64,000 nt of DNA, from contig CAWFSF010000002.1 of the NCBI GenBank assembly GCA_963818475.1, positions 736,001 through 800,000 of the forward strand, read 5' to 3'. The notes beneath the pieces are model-generated. The model was not told the origin of the DNA. It saw nothing but the letters and a program-made list of their open reading frames with translations, and made no database searches. This stretch comes from Nitrospirota bacterium. GTDB lineage: Bacteria; Nitrospirota; UBA9217. Shown here piece after piece: positions 20,463-29,990 of the stretch. The translations under genes and the position numbers were made by a program. The stretch's first letter is position 1. Each line of letters starts with the position of its first letter.

Positions 20463-21275
20463 CTATCTGCTCTCTGCGCTACGCGACGAAAATTTCTTCA
20501 TCCGGGCCATGAAGGCCAGAGCATTCTGCCGCTGCAGCGGATCGGCCATCCTGGCTGCGGCCATGCTCATGTTCTTATATGCCAGGTCATACTTGCCCGT
20601 CTGTTCAAGGGCACTGGCAGCGTTGGCGTAGTACGTCGGAGAGTCCGGGTCAGCATTGACAGCGTCAAGAAAATATTTTGCCGCCTTGCCGTACTCTCTT
20701 TGTATCATACTGAGCCGCCCCAGCGCGTTCAGCAACTGGGGTATCGCTGGATTGGCCCTTAACGCAGCCTCGGCGTATGCCGCGGCTTCCTCGTAGCGTT
20801 GCTGCCGCATGAATGCAAGAGACAGATTGGTCATGAGCTCCGGATCGCCGGGGGCGTAAACAAGGCCTTTTCGCCACGCTGACACGGCCTCATCAAGCGA
20901 TCCCAGCTGAAAATGGACCACCCCGATCTCACGATAGAGATCACGAAGCGAAATACTTCCGTCGTCTTGCAGCGCCAGAGCCATATTGAACTGCTCCAGC
21001 GCCTCCTGCAGACGCCCTGCTGTGGAAAGCGCCTGCCCATAATTTTCGTGTGCCCGCCCTTTACTGGGAGAGGTTTCAGTAATGTTTTTCCACAAGGAGA
21101 TCGTTGAACGATACACATCGTTCCTGGCAAGCGTCGCCGTCACCAGGCTGATAATAACCGCCGCGATCAGGGATAGTGAAAAGATCCCTCGAGGTGTCTC
21201 ACGCTCCATTGCTATCCGCGGCACGGCGGCAGTGGCGCTGTGCTTTTTTTTGAAAGCAATCTGGTTTTTTTCCAT
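20463..21275 (-). CDS. TPR-repeat protein with N-terminal TM helix
   Basis: Several TPR repeats; RNDVYRSTISLW..SPSKGRAHENYG. Confidence 0.8.
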   Translation of the reverse strand: MEKNQIAFKKKHSATAAVPRIAMERETPRGIFSLSLIAAVIISLVTATLARNDVYRSTISLWKNITETSPSKGRAHENYGQALSTAGRLQEALEQFNMALALQDDGSISLRDLYREIGVVHFQLGSLDEAVSAWRKGLVYAPGDPELMTNLSLAFMRQQRYEEAAAYAEAALRANPAIPQLLNALGRLSMIQREYGKAAKYFLDAVNADPDSPTYYANAASALEQTGKYDLAYKNMSMAAARMADPLQRQNALAFMARMKKFSSRSAESR

Positions 21276-21495
21276 TGATCAATTCTCTTTTTTGACGATT
21301 ACGCGAAGCCGCATAAGCCGTGACAAGGGCACCTTATTCAGGATTCGGCAGCCTGCGCCGCTGGCGGTGAAAGGGTTTTCCGGGACAGAATCAGGAGATA
21401 TTATTGCCGATATAGTGGACGTAGTCAAGTACAATGCAACGGGATGGGCGGGACGGGCAACGGGGAAGACAAGAATAAACACGGCCTCACACCCT

Positions 21496-22581
21496 TCAGC
21501 CCATGTGGTCCGCACGTGCAAGCGGCCGGATCAGGACCCGGCCCTCCTCGCCTTCGCCTCCTTCCACCCGGACATCGATATCCATGAACTGCTGCAGCAC
21601 CCAGAGGTTCGTGAGCAGATGCCGGGTCACGCAACTGGTGGTGAACTCCGACGGGCCCTGACAGAAGGCGAGCCAAGGAACGATCTGGTCAGCCAGATGC
21701 GGATCGAGCGCTCCTTTTTTTTGCAGATAGGAAAGCAGTTCTCCGCACGCTTCGTCAGCCACTTCTTCTGCCCGCTTGCCGATGGCACCGAGGCTGCCGA
21801 ACCCTGCGGAGAGGTGTTCGAACTCGGCAGTAAGGAACAGGAAGGACCCCTTGCCTGCTGACGGCGCTGAAAGGATCTCGATGGATCCGTTGATGCCCTG
21901 TGTGCCGAGGATGGCAAGCGCTTGGTCGCGCTGGCGAACTGCAATGTGGCCCGGAAGGTTCGAGACCGCAGAGATGCCGGTGATGCGCAGAAGCCTGCCC
22001 CGGTCGGTCAGCGTAAGCGGCAGGAGAGTTTGCGTCGGTGCGATGCGGGCAAAGATCTGGCCGCAGCCAAGGGGGTACCAGCCCCAGTATGAGATGGAGA
22101 ATTCTGCACGTACGCAGAGGCGTGAGAGCAGGGGGCCGGCGACGGATCGGAGATAGTGGAACGGTGGGCTCCAGGGCACGTGGGTCCCGCCGTGCACCGT
22201 GACCTGTGACGCCTGGTCCGCTAAGCAGAGGGGCAGGAGGATGGTCTGGAGCACGAGGCTTGTGCTTCCGGCGCTGCCTGTTGTTTCAGCAACATCGAAG
22301 GCGTACGTCCCGCCCCTGGTTTCGTTCGGCCGGAACTGGATCGCTGTTGATTGGAGCTCCGCGCCCTGGACCTCGGCTCCGGAAATGGATGCCGCAACCT
22401 TGACCGCCGCGAGGTGTTGCGGTTGGAGTCCGGGTTTCTTCCTGGCCCTGCGGATATTCGTGATCTCAATCGGCCTGCTGAGCGCGCAGGACAGCGCGAG
22501 CGACGTGCGCAGGATCTGGCCCCCTCCTTCGCCAAAGGCGCCGTCGATGGGTACCATGTCAGGATCGGATGAGTGGTTCAT
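21496..22581 (-). CDS. rtcA: RNA 3'-terminal phosphate cyclase
   Basis: DGAFGEGGGQILRTSL, PGLQPQH, GGTHVPWSP, DPHLADQ, TRHLLTN. Confidence 0.95.
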   Translation of the reverse strand: MNHSSDPDMVPIDGAFGEGGGQILRTSLALSCALSRPIEITNIRRARKKPGLQPQHLAAVKVAASISGAEVQGAELQSTAIQFRPNETRGGTYAFDVAETTGSAGSTSLVLQTILLPLCLADQASQVTVHGGTHVPWSPPFHYLRSVAGPLLSRLCVRAEFSISYWGWYPLGCGQIFARIAPTQTLLPLTLTDRGRLLRITGISAVSNLPGHIAVRQRDQALAILGTQGINGSIEILSAPSAGKGSFLFLTAEFEHLSAGFGSLGAIGKRAEEVADEACGELLSYLQKKGALDPHLADQIVPWLAFCQGPSEFTTSCVTRHLLTNLWVLQQFMDIDVRVEGGEGEEGRVLIRPLARADHMG

Positions 22582-22693
22582 ATCCTTTGTGCAAACGTTT
22601 TTTCCTCCGTGCTTTCACCCCGATGCATCATCACTGACAACATAACGCGGGGTTGCCTGTCCTGCTGCGGACCAGCCATGCTATCATTATGGC

Positions 22694-23089
22694 ATGTCCC
22701 TGTTCTACCGCGTCCTCACCGACATCACCTTCATCATTCATCTCGGGTGGATATTCTTCCTGATCGCAGGCGCATACTGGGGAAGGAAGTCGCTGGTGAT
22801 CATGGCAGTCCACAGCCTCGGGCTTGCCTCCTCGCTCGCGATGCAGGTTTTCGGCTGGTACTGTCCGCTCACACACCTGGAGTTCTGGCTCAGACAGCAG
22901 CACGATCCCGGAACCGCCTACCCGGAGTCCTTCATCACGCATTACGCCGAGCGGCTGATCTATCTGAATATACCGTCCTGGCTTATCTTTGCCTGCACCA
23001 TTCTGCTCGTTCTGGTGAGCGGTTTGATCTATGGGAAGGCCCTTAGAGCATCATTGCGCCGGTCCCGCGAAAGCCGCGAAGGACGATGA
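22694..23089 (+). CDS. DUF2784 membrane protein
   Basis: GWYCPLTHLE..LR, FITHY..LIY. Confidence 0.85.
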   Translation: MSLFYRVLTDITFIIHLGWIFFLIAGAYWGRKSLVIMAVHSLGLASSLAMQVFGWYCPLTHLEFWLRQQHDPGTAYPESFITHYAERLIYLNIPSWLIFACTILLVLVSGLIYGKALRASLRRSRESREGR

Positions 23090-23136
23090 CAAGCATGGTC
23101 TGTCCTTCCGATCACGACGTCGGCGCCCGAAAATCC

Positions 23137-23919
23137 TCATGCAGTCCCGGCGTGATCGCTTCGAGCACGTCGATCCCACCGAGCGGCAGGATGACGATCC
23201 CTTCCCTGGCGCTTTCGCGTTCCTGATGCCGAGCTGCACAGAGATGGGACAGGACAGGCGTCGCAGGCCCTCTTCCGGCAGAAGTTCTTCCCGATGCGCA
23301 GCAGGGCTGACTCAAGATCAGGAAAATCCACCGCTCGCCCGCCGCTCTTCTTCCATCGGTCCTGCAGCAGGGCAAGGGCCTGTTCAGGCTTCGCGCTCCT
23401 GTTGGGAAGGATGCCGATGTTCCCGGCGGCCAGGAGGACCAGGTCTGTCGGAAGCGGCCGCGCTTTCTTCCATATCCCGCGCATCTCGCGCAGGAAAATG
23501 TTCGCAGTCACACTGCCGATGCCTTTTGCCAATGCAGTAAGCCGCTCCTCCAGGTCACGGGGGTCCGATGCTTCGGCATGCAGCAGATTGAGATCGCCCT
23601 GATAGCGCTCGCGCAGCGCCCGGCAGAGATCGAGCAGCTTGGTGGCGGTCTTGAAGTCGTACCGGGCGTAGCCGCCGCGGTCCAGGAGCTGCACCAGACC
23701 GTCCCATCCGGTCCGCTCGATCGCTTCGGGCGTCATGACGCCTGCCTGCTCAAAGGCTTGGAACGTATGCTTCACGATGGTCTCAGAGATGCGGGCGCCG
23801 AACAGGACCGAGGCGAGGAACCATTGAAAAATATCGTCTGGCCGCCCCGCTTCGAGCTCGATGCCGAGCTCCCGGGAGAACCTGCCGCCCGCAGCTGCAA
23901 CGATCTGGAGCGCGTTCAT
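23137..23919 (-). CDS. HhH-GPD superfamily DNA glycosylase-like protein
   Basis: FQWFLASVLFGARI, GGYARYD, KGIGSVTANIFLRE, C-terminal Cys cluster. Confidence 0.75.
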   Translation of the reverse strand: MNALQIVAAAGGRFSRELGIELEAGRPDDIFQWFLASVLFGARISETIVKHTFQAFEQAGVMTPEAIERTGWDGLVQLLDRGGYARYDFKTATKLLDLCRALRERYQGDLNLLHAEASDPRDLEERLTALAKGIGSVTANIFLREMRGIWKKARPLPTDLVLLAAGNIGILPNRSAKPEQALALLQDRWKKSGGRAVDFPDLESALLRIGKNFCRKRACDACPVPSLCSSASGTRKRQGRDRHPAARWDRRARSDHAGTA

Positions 23920-23920
23920 A

Positions 23921-24631
23921 TCATTTCCGTCCCAGAGGGATGAGGTAGAGGGGTTGCTGTCCTGCGATTCGAAGCAGGTTGACCACGTCCCGGTCGGAAA
24001 ATGCGCCGATCATCACGGACCCGAGCCCGAGCGCCACGGCCTGAAGGCAGATGTTTTGCGCGGCATGGCCTGCTTCGAGATGCACATACCGCACCCCGCG
24101 CTCGCCGTACTTGATCGTGGTCTTCCCATAGTCGGCGACAATGGCGATCACCAAGGGAGCTTTCCGGATGGAGGACTGGCCGAGGGCTGCGTTTGCCAGG
24201 TCCGGGCGCTGGTCACCTTCGGCGATCCTTACGAGGAGGTGGCCGTCAGGCTCGTACCTATAGGTCCCGGCAGGAAGCGCTGCTACGCTGCCGGCGACAA
24301 CGAAGAGCTCGAGGGGATAAAGGCCGCCGGCCGAGGGTGCGGTGCGAAATCCGCGGGGATGGGTGATCCCTTGAGCGGCCCAGAGCAGCTGCGAGAGCTC
24401 CTCGAGCGTGACAGGCTTGTCTGCAAAGGACCTGAGGGAGCGCCGCGCCGCAAGGGCGGCTTCAACAGAGGTCGTGCCGTCAAGGCGCGGCTGGGGCAGC
24501 CGGATGAGGGCGGGGTTAGAGGCACTGTCTGCACCGCGGTCTCCGCTAAAGCCGGACAGCGGCGATCCGGCAAGTCCGAAGGCTGCAAAGGTAAAGAGAG
24601 CGCGGACAAGATGGTTGACTGGCATCGTCAT
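23921..24631 (-). CDS. SagB/ThcOx-family dehydrogenase (nitroreductase fold)
   Basis: RRSLRSF, RTAPSAGGLYPLE, EAGHAAQN, IGAF. Confidence 0.92.
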   Translation of the reverse strand: MTMPVNHLVRALFTFAAFGLAGSPLSGFSGDRGADSASNPALIRLPQPRLDGTTSVEAALAARRSLRSFADKPVTLEELSQLLWAAQGITHPRGFRTAPSAGGLYPLELFVVAGSVAALPAGTYRYEPDGHLLVRIAEGDQRPDLANAALGQSSIRKAPLVIAIVADYGKTTIKYGERGVRYVHLEAGHAAQNICLQAVALGLGSVMIGAFSDRDVVNLLRIAGQQPLYLIPLGRK

Positions 24632-24888
24632 GACGCACACCCCAGATCGAAGTAGAGCGACGGAAAGCCTGCTGCTGTGATGCGTGCAGGCAGGGGCAGC
24701 ACTTTCCTCTTATGCAATTCTACCTCATCTTCCCGGGTCTGCAGGGAGGGGGACGCCGGAACCAAAAAACATCCCTCGTAATGACAAAGAAGAGGGCATT
24801 GCTCGAAGGCTGTTTCTTTTTGCACCAATCAAAAGACCGCGTGAGAAATGAGGTATGCTTGTATATAAAGCTAAAGAAGGAGGATGCC

Positions 24889-25290
24889 ATGAAGATATTC
24901 TCGTCCGTTTCGTTCGTTATACTGCCAGTTGCTCTTCTTGCTGCTGCGCCGGCGATCGCAGAACAAGTCGGGCACCACGGCTATACCGTTGAAGAAAAAG
25001 GAACAACAGAGAGCTGCCTGTCCTGCCACGATGGGTCGATTGGCAGGAATGTAATGGTTTGCACGGTAAAATGCGATTACAGAACCTCGCATCCGATAGA
25101 GAAAAGATATCCTCCTTCAGGCAAAGTGGCTTACTTTGCATCTCTTGCACAGGTGACTGCCAGGGGTGTCAGGATCGTGAACGGGAAGGTGACCTGCATA
25201 TCCTGTCATGATCTGAAAAAACAGACCGCACACCATCTGGTCCTGGATGAGAACGGCAGGAATTGCGAGATCTGCCATATCAGATACTGA
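24889..25290 (+). CDS. Small triheme c-type cytochrome
   Basis: AAGGAGG RBS; signal peptide; CLSCHDG, SHPI, CISCH, CEICH. Confidence 0.85.
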   Translation: MKIFSSVSFVILPVALLAAAPAIAEQVGHHGYTVEEKGTTESCLSCHDGSIGRNVMVCTVKCDYRTSHPIEKRYPPSGKVAYFASLAQVTARGVRIVNGKVTCISCHDLKKQTAHHLVLDENGRNCEICHIRY

Positions 25291-25304
25291 GGGGGAGGAC
25301 ACTG

Positions 25305-26192
25305 TTGCTCCTGGACGATCATGATGCAGAGGAGCTGGAGTTCCTGCGGGGGGAAGTAAAGCGTCTGCGGAGGACGCTGAACGTCCTCACGCCGTCGCTC
25401 GAGATGCTGCTCAAGCGGCGGGGCTTCCGGGTCTACAAAAAAGAGCCACCCGATGATCTGCTGGTCCCGGACGAACCCTTCTGCGATGGCTTCTACGCCG
25501 CTCTGCACAAGTACTCCTTCCGCCTTTTCCTCCGCGACGTTATCAAGCACCAGGAGCGGTTCACGCTCGAGCAGGTGACGCGCTACGCCTCGACGCGGGT
25601 CATCAAGTCCTACCTCGGCTATCTTCGCGACATCGGCATGATCAGAGAGGGGGCCGCAGGCTACATCCTGACGCACCGGCCGGTCACCAGCTTCGGGCCG
25701 ACGCTGGAATGGTACGTGGCGGAGCTGCTGAAACGGGAGTTCGGGGCGGAAGCGCTCTGGGGCGTAAAGTTCAGACGGCCGAAGGTGGGCGGAGATTACG
25801 ACGTGCTGGCGAAGCTGGACAATTCGCTCTTGTACGTTGAGGTGAAATCCTCGCCGCCCAAGCAGGTCGCGGACAGCGAGATCGCGGCGTTCCTGGACCG
25901 CGTCGACGACCTTGCGCCGGAGGCCGCCGTTTTCCTCATGGACACCGAGCTTCGGATGAAGGACAAGGTGGTGCCGATGTTCGAGCAGGAGCTGGCGAAG
26001 CGCACGGCCCAGCCGCTGCCTGTGCTCAGGATCGAGAGGGAACTTTTTCACCTGCAGGACCGCATCTTTATCGTGAACGCCAAGGAGAGCATCCGCAGGA
26101 ACATCGAAAAGATCGTGGCCCGGTTCTTTCAGAAGCATTGGGCCGGCAGTTCCAGCGGGACCAGTGATGGGATAAATAAACCTATAACCTAG
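25305..26192 (+). CDS. Hypothetical protein with C-terminal PD-(D/E)xK-like domain
   Basis: LEWYV..., GDYDVLA..LLYVEVKS; start uncertain. Confidence 0.65.
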   Translation: MLLDDHDAEELEFLRGEVKRLRRTLNVLTPSLEMLLKRRGFRVYKKEPPDDLLVPDEPFCDGFYAALHKYSFRLFLRDVIKHQERFTLEQVTRYASTRVIKSYLGYLRDIGMIREGAAGYILTHRPVTSFGPTLEWYVAELLKREFGAEALWGVKFRRPKVGGDYDVLAKLDNSLLYVEVKSSPPKQVADSEIAAFLDRVDDLAPEAAVFLMDTELRMKDKVVPMFEQELAKRTAQPLPVLRIERELFHLQDRIFIVNAKESIRRNIEKIVARFFQKHWAGSSSGTSDGINKPIT

Positions 26193-26346
26193 AACGGCAG
26201 TTGGCCGCAGATTTACGCAGATTCACGCAGATAAAATCAGGCATTCAGCATTCAGGATAAAGAAGTCACAAACACAGGCACTTGATGTTTATGTGATTTC
26301 TGTGCATTTTGTGGGTAAACTGCTCTTTTAGGATAAACCGCTTGAG

Positions 26347-26387
26347 AAAAAAAGCCGGCGAAAATGAACTTACCTTTTCAGCCGGCT
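26347..26387 (-). terminator. Intrinsic terminator
   Basis: Minus strand AGCCGGCTGAAAA...TTTTCGCCGGC plus T7. Confidence 0.75.
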
Positions 26388-26498
26388 ATAGGTACGAATA
26401 GACACCGCAAAGGCAGGATGCTCATTCCCACGTTCGCAGCCCTCGTCCAGCGTCAAGCCAAAATAGCATGAGGCAGAGGGCGCAAGACAAGCGGTCTT

Positions 26499-28418
26499 CT
26501 ACGCCGTCCCCCGTTCCCCGCCGAACATTTCTATGATCTTTCTTACTAAGGCAGGCAGCGAGGGGTCCCTCGCTCCCATGAGAAGAACGCAGTCTTCTGG
26601 CTTCGCATCGGCCTGTAATCTGGCCAGGAGCTCATCGCGATCGCTCACTGCCTGCGCTTTGAATGCCACGGGGCCAAGGCCCGTGATGATGTCTGCGGAG
26701 GAGATGTTTTTCTGCGCCGTGCCGCCGGCATAATAGATCGGCAGGAGATAGAGCGAGTCCTGCTGCCGGAAAGCGGTCCGGAAGGTCGCGATGTATTCAT
26801 CTTTCAAGAATCGGGTCGGACCGAATCCATGCGGCTGGTACACGGCAAGAATGCGCTCCGAAAGGCCCCGGCTGGCACTGACCGCAGCCGCGATCTTTGC
26901 CGGGTTATGCGCAAAGTCGTCGACTACCTGCACGTTCTGTTTTGTTCCGGTCACGGAAAAACGACGCGCCACACCGTCATACTGTTGTACCGCATGGGCA
27001 AGCGCTGCAGGTTCGCACCCGTACTGCTCGCACACACAGAGCGCAGCGCAGAGGTTTTCCAGATTGTGCTCACCCGGCAGCGGCAGATGATACTCAACGT
27101 TGTTCCTGAAAAGCTTGACCGAGGTCGGCAGAAGCTCTTCCCGGTCCGGCCGCCACGAGCTGGAACCATTCCGGCCGAAGCGCAGGGTTGCTGGAAGGGA
27201 AGCAAGGACCGGGTCGTCGGCATTGGATGCTGTCCAGGAAGATTGCGAAGCCAGCGTTTTGAAAAGCGCTGTGATCTCGTCAACGCTTTTGTGGTCCTTC
27301 GAAACATTCAGGATGACCGAGGCGTCGGGACAATACTTGACCAGCGTTCCGTCGCTTTCGTCCGCCTCCACCACCAGAAGATCGGAACCGCCGCTGTAGG
27401 CATTGCCGATAAGCCCCTTTTTTTCAAGCCTGCGCAAACCAGCGCCGCTCAGGAGGGAGGGCGACTTGCCGCAGGCGGTCAGGAATTCGAATATCATCGC
27501 GGTCACCGTGGACTTGCCGCTCGTGCCCGCAACGGCGATCGTCTTCTTTGCGGCGATGAGCGCGGCGAGCACGTCTGAGCGATGGACGATCGGAATGCCG
27601 CGCCTCCTGGCAGCGGCGATGTCGGGATTCGAGTCTTCTATTGCCGTTGAGATGCAGACGACATCCGTGTTCGCACGCACACCCGAACCGTCCTGAGGCG
27701 CGATGGCGCATCCGAGCCCTTCAAGCGATCGCCGGATCGCGGCGGTGTCATCGCTTGCATGGAAGCGGTCGGAACCCGAGACCGTGATCCCCTGAAAGCG
27801 CAGGTATTGCGCCAGCGCGCTCATGCCGCTGCCGAATATGCCGGTGAAATGGACGCTGCGGCACCGGCCTCCGCTGATAACGATCGGCGGAGGGTCGATG
27901 TAGACGAGCGTGCCTTCCTTCACTGTTTCGAACAGGCGGGCGATGTCGAGGTTGCGCAAACAGACGCACCCGTGAGAGAGAGGAGTGCCGATCAGGTCCT
28001 CCCGGCCGGTGCCGTGGATATAGATGTAGCGTTCGTAGGAATCCACGCTCCCGCCCTTGTTGATCCCCTCCTCCAGGCCTTCGAGCCGCAGGATGCGGGT
28101 CAGGATCAGGTTGTCCCCGGTCTGGCTGTGGTCCCAGTCCTCGCCCGTGTCCTCGCGGTCCCTGAAGACGCGGCCGGGAGGCGCGCCTGCTCCGAACTTC
28201 TCCCTGATCCGGTGGAGACCGACCGGTGTTTTAAGCGAGTTTTCCCGATTGCCGATGCCGAACCGGGAGGTCGATGCGTCGTAGCGCTCGACAATGGTGT
28301 CGTTCGAACAGACGAAAAGCGTCTGCGTCTCGATCGATACCACTAGATAGTGGTCTTGCGGATTGGTTAAAAAGGGACCTACTCTTTTGAGAATACGATG
28401 TAGTCGAGCTGTTTCCAT
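26499..28418 (-). CDS. YkuD (L,D-transpeptidase-fold) domain fused to MurC/Mpl-like ligase
   Basis: YIYIHGT..SHGCV then HFTGIFGSGMSALA, GSD, AGTSGKST, VEADESD, GVARRF, DDFAHNP, QPH. Confidence 0.88.
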   Translation of the reverse strand: METARLHRILKRVGPFLTNPQDHYLVVSIETQTLFVCSNDTIVERYDASTSRFGIGNRENSLKTPVGLHRIREKFGAGAPPGRVFRDREDTGEDWDHSQTGDNLILTRILRLEGLEEGINKGGSVDSYERYIYIHGTGREDLIGTPLSHGCVCLRNLDIARLFETVKEGTLVYIDPPPIVISGGRCRSVHFTGIFGSGMSALAQYLRFQGITVSGSDRFHASDDTAAIRRSLEGLGCAIAPQDGSGVRANTDVVCISTAIEDSNPDIAAARRRGIPIVHRSDVLAALIAAKKTIAVAGTSGKSTVTAMIFEFLTACGKSPSLLSGAGLRRLEKKGLIGNAYSGGSDLLVVEADESDGTLVKYCPDASVILNVSKDHKSVDEITALFKTLASQSSWTASNADDPVLASLPATLRFGRNGSSSWRPDREELLPTSVKLFRNNVEYHLPLPGEHNLENLCAALCVCEQYGCEPAALAHAVQQYDGVARRFSVTGTKQNVQVVDDFAHNPAKIAAAVSASRGLSERILAVYQPHGFGPTRFLKDEYIATFRTAFRQQDSLYLLPIYYAGGTAQKNISSADIITGLGPVAFKAQAVSDRDELLARLQADAKPEDCVLLMGARDPSLPALVRKIIEMFGGERGTA

Positions 28419-28593
28419 ACGTGATCCGCTGCTTTCCTTGCAGAATATTTTTGTAAAAGCCCAGCGACAATATAAAGGTAGCCATGGTGTATTGTCAAGT
28501 CGATAGAGACCCTCGCCGTCATTGCGAGCCAAAGGCGAAGCCTCAGATTTTTGCCCCTTTTTCTGATCAACCTCACAAACATGCTAAAACAGG

Positions 28594-28622
28594 TTGACAT
28601 GGTTGCAATTTGCAACTATCAT
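28594..28622 (+). promoter_or_regulatory. Sigma70 promoter with palindrome in the spacer
   Basis: TTGACA-17 nt-TATCAT; GTTGCA-ATT-TGCAAC at 28602-28616. Confidence 0.65.
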
Positions 28623-28718
28623 AAAGCTGGTGCATCAATATGTGAGCTGCCACAAAATGCTGCGTGACGCTTTCTTTAACAAAAAACGAAGGCTAATCCT
28701 ATATAGCAGGAGGTCATC

Positions 28719-29651
28719 ATGGTAGAGATTTGTCCGGTCAATAATACAGAGAAATTGCTTTTAGCCACAGACGGCTCACCATTCAGCGAAGGCGCGATAC
28801 GGGAAGCGATCCGCCTGGCAAAAAAGTGCTCAAGCAAACTTTCGGCAATATCCGTGATCGAAACGAATCCCGAGTATGAGACGATCGCGCCCCAGCTTCT
28901 TGAAAGGTCCGAGAAAACGGCGCGGGAGCATCTCGAGTCCGTGAAGGCGCAGGCAAAGAAGGAGGGAGTCGACTGCAGCACCAGCATTCTTGAAGGGCAG
29001 GACTCCTATAATTATATTTCCGAGGAAGCGGCGAAAAGTAAAATATCGATGATCATCATGGGCAGGCGCGGCCGGACCGGCCTCAAGCGGCTCATGATGG
29101 GAAGCACGACCGCGCGGGTCATCGGCCATGCGCCCTGCAATGTGCTGGTCGTGCCGCGCGCGGCAGTCGTTGAGTTCAAGAGCATTGTCATTGCAACGGA
29201 CGGTTCTCCCTATTCGACAGCAGCGGCATCAGAGGCCATCGGCATCGCCAAGAGGAACGGCAGCAAGCTGACGGTCATCTCGGTGGTCCCTGCCGAGCTC
29301 GCGACGCCGACGGACATTGATTTCGCCGCGACCCAGCGCGAACTCCTGGCGGACAAAGAGATGCAGGCTGCCGAGAAGAACGCGAAAGCGGTGAAGGAAG
29401 CGGCGCAGAAAGAGGGTGTCGCGGTGCAGGCCTTTGTCATGACCGGCAAGCCGGCCGATGCCGTTATCGAGACCGCGAAGGAGAAAAGCGCCGACCTCAT
29501 CATCGTGGGCAGCCACGGACGAACGGGCATCGAGCGGCTCCTGATGGGCAGCGTGGCGGAGCGGGTGATCGTGATGGCCGTCCTGCGCGGTGCTGGTGGC
29601 GAAAGCAGGAAAGTAACAGAACAAAGCATTGCCCGCAGATTACTCAGATGA
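28719..29651 (+). CDS. Tandem universal stress protein (probable frameshift near C-terminus)
   Basis: Two ATDGS...G.RG/HG.TG..RLxMGS domains. Confidence 0.92.
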   Translation: MVEICPVNNTEKLLLATDGSPFSEGAIREAIRLAKKCSSKLSAISVIETNPEYETIAPQLLERSEKTAREHLESVKAQAKKEGVDCSTSILEGQDSYNYISEEAAKSKISMIIMGRRGRTGLKRLMMGSTTARVIGHAPCNVLVVPRAAVVEFKSIVIATDGSPYSTAAASEAIGIAKRNGSKLTVISVVPAELATPTDIDFAATQRELLADKEMQAAEKNAKAVKEAAQKEGVAVQAFVMTGKPADAVIETAKEKSADLIIVGSHGRTGIERLLMGSVAERVIVMAVLRGAGGESRKVTEQSIARRLLR

Positions 29652-29990
29652 CGCAGATCAGAACGGACCTGACCTATTTTAGGTTCATTCGTATTTAAGT
29701 TGAAATACTCATAAAACTGAAATTCAAGATCAAGAACCTCTTTGGAGGGGAAAGGGGGAAGTTGGGAGAAAAGGGGTAACTGCCTTTTAATAAGAATTAA
29801 TCCCCATTTCACCATTCTTCTCCATTTCTCCTCACAAGGTTCTTCTTCGAGTTTCGAACCTAAATCCGTTTCTTCAACTGTTATACGAAAGAGCCTTTAT
29901 TAAATCTGCGTCCATTTGCGAAATCTGCGGACAAAGATTTTTCTCTGATGAAATATTCTTCTGAGAAATGTGTCACCACCGTGGAAATTT

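Noticed and set aside
23921-24631. Azole-RiPP cluster around the SagB-like gene
   Set aside because: No YcaO, E1-like partner or precursor peptide nearby
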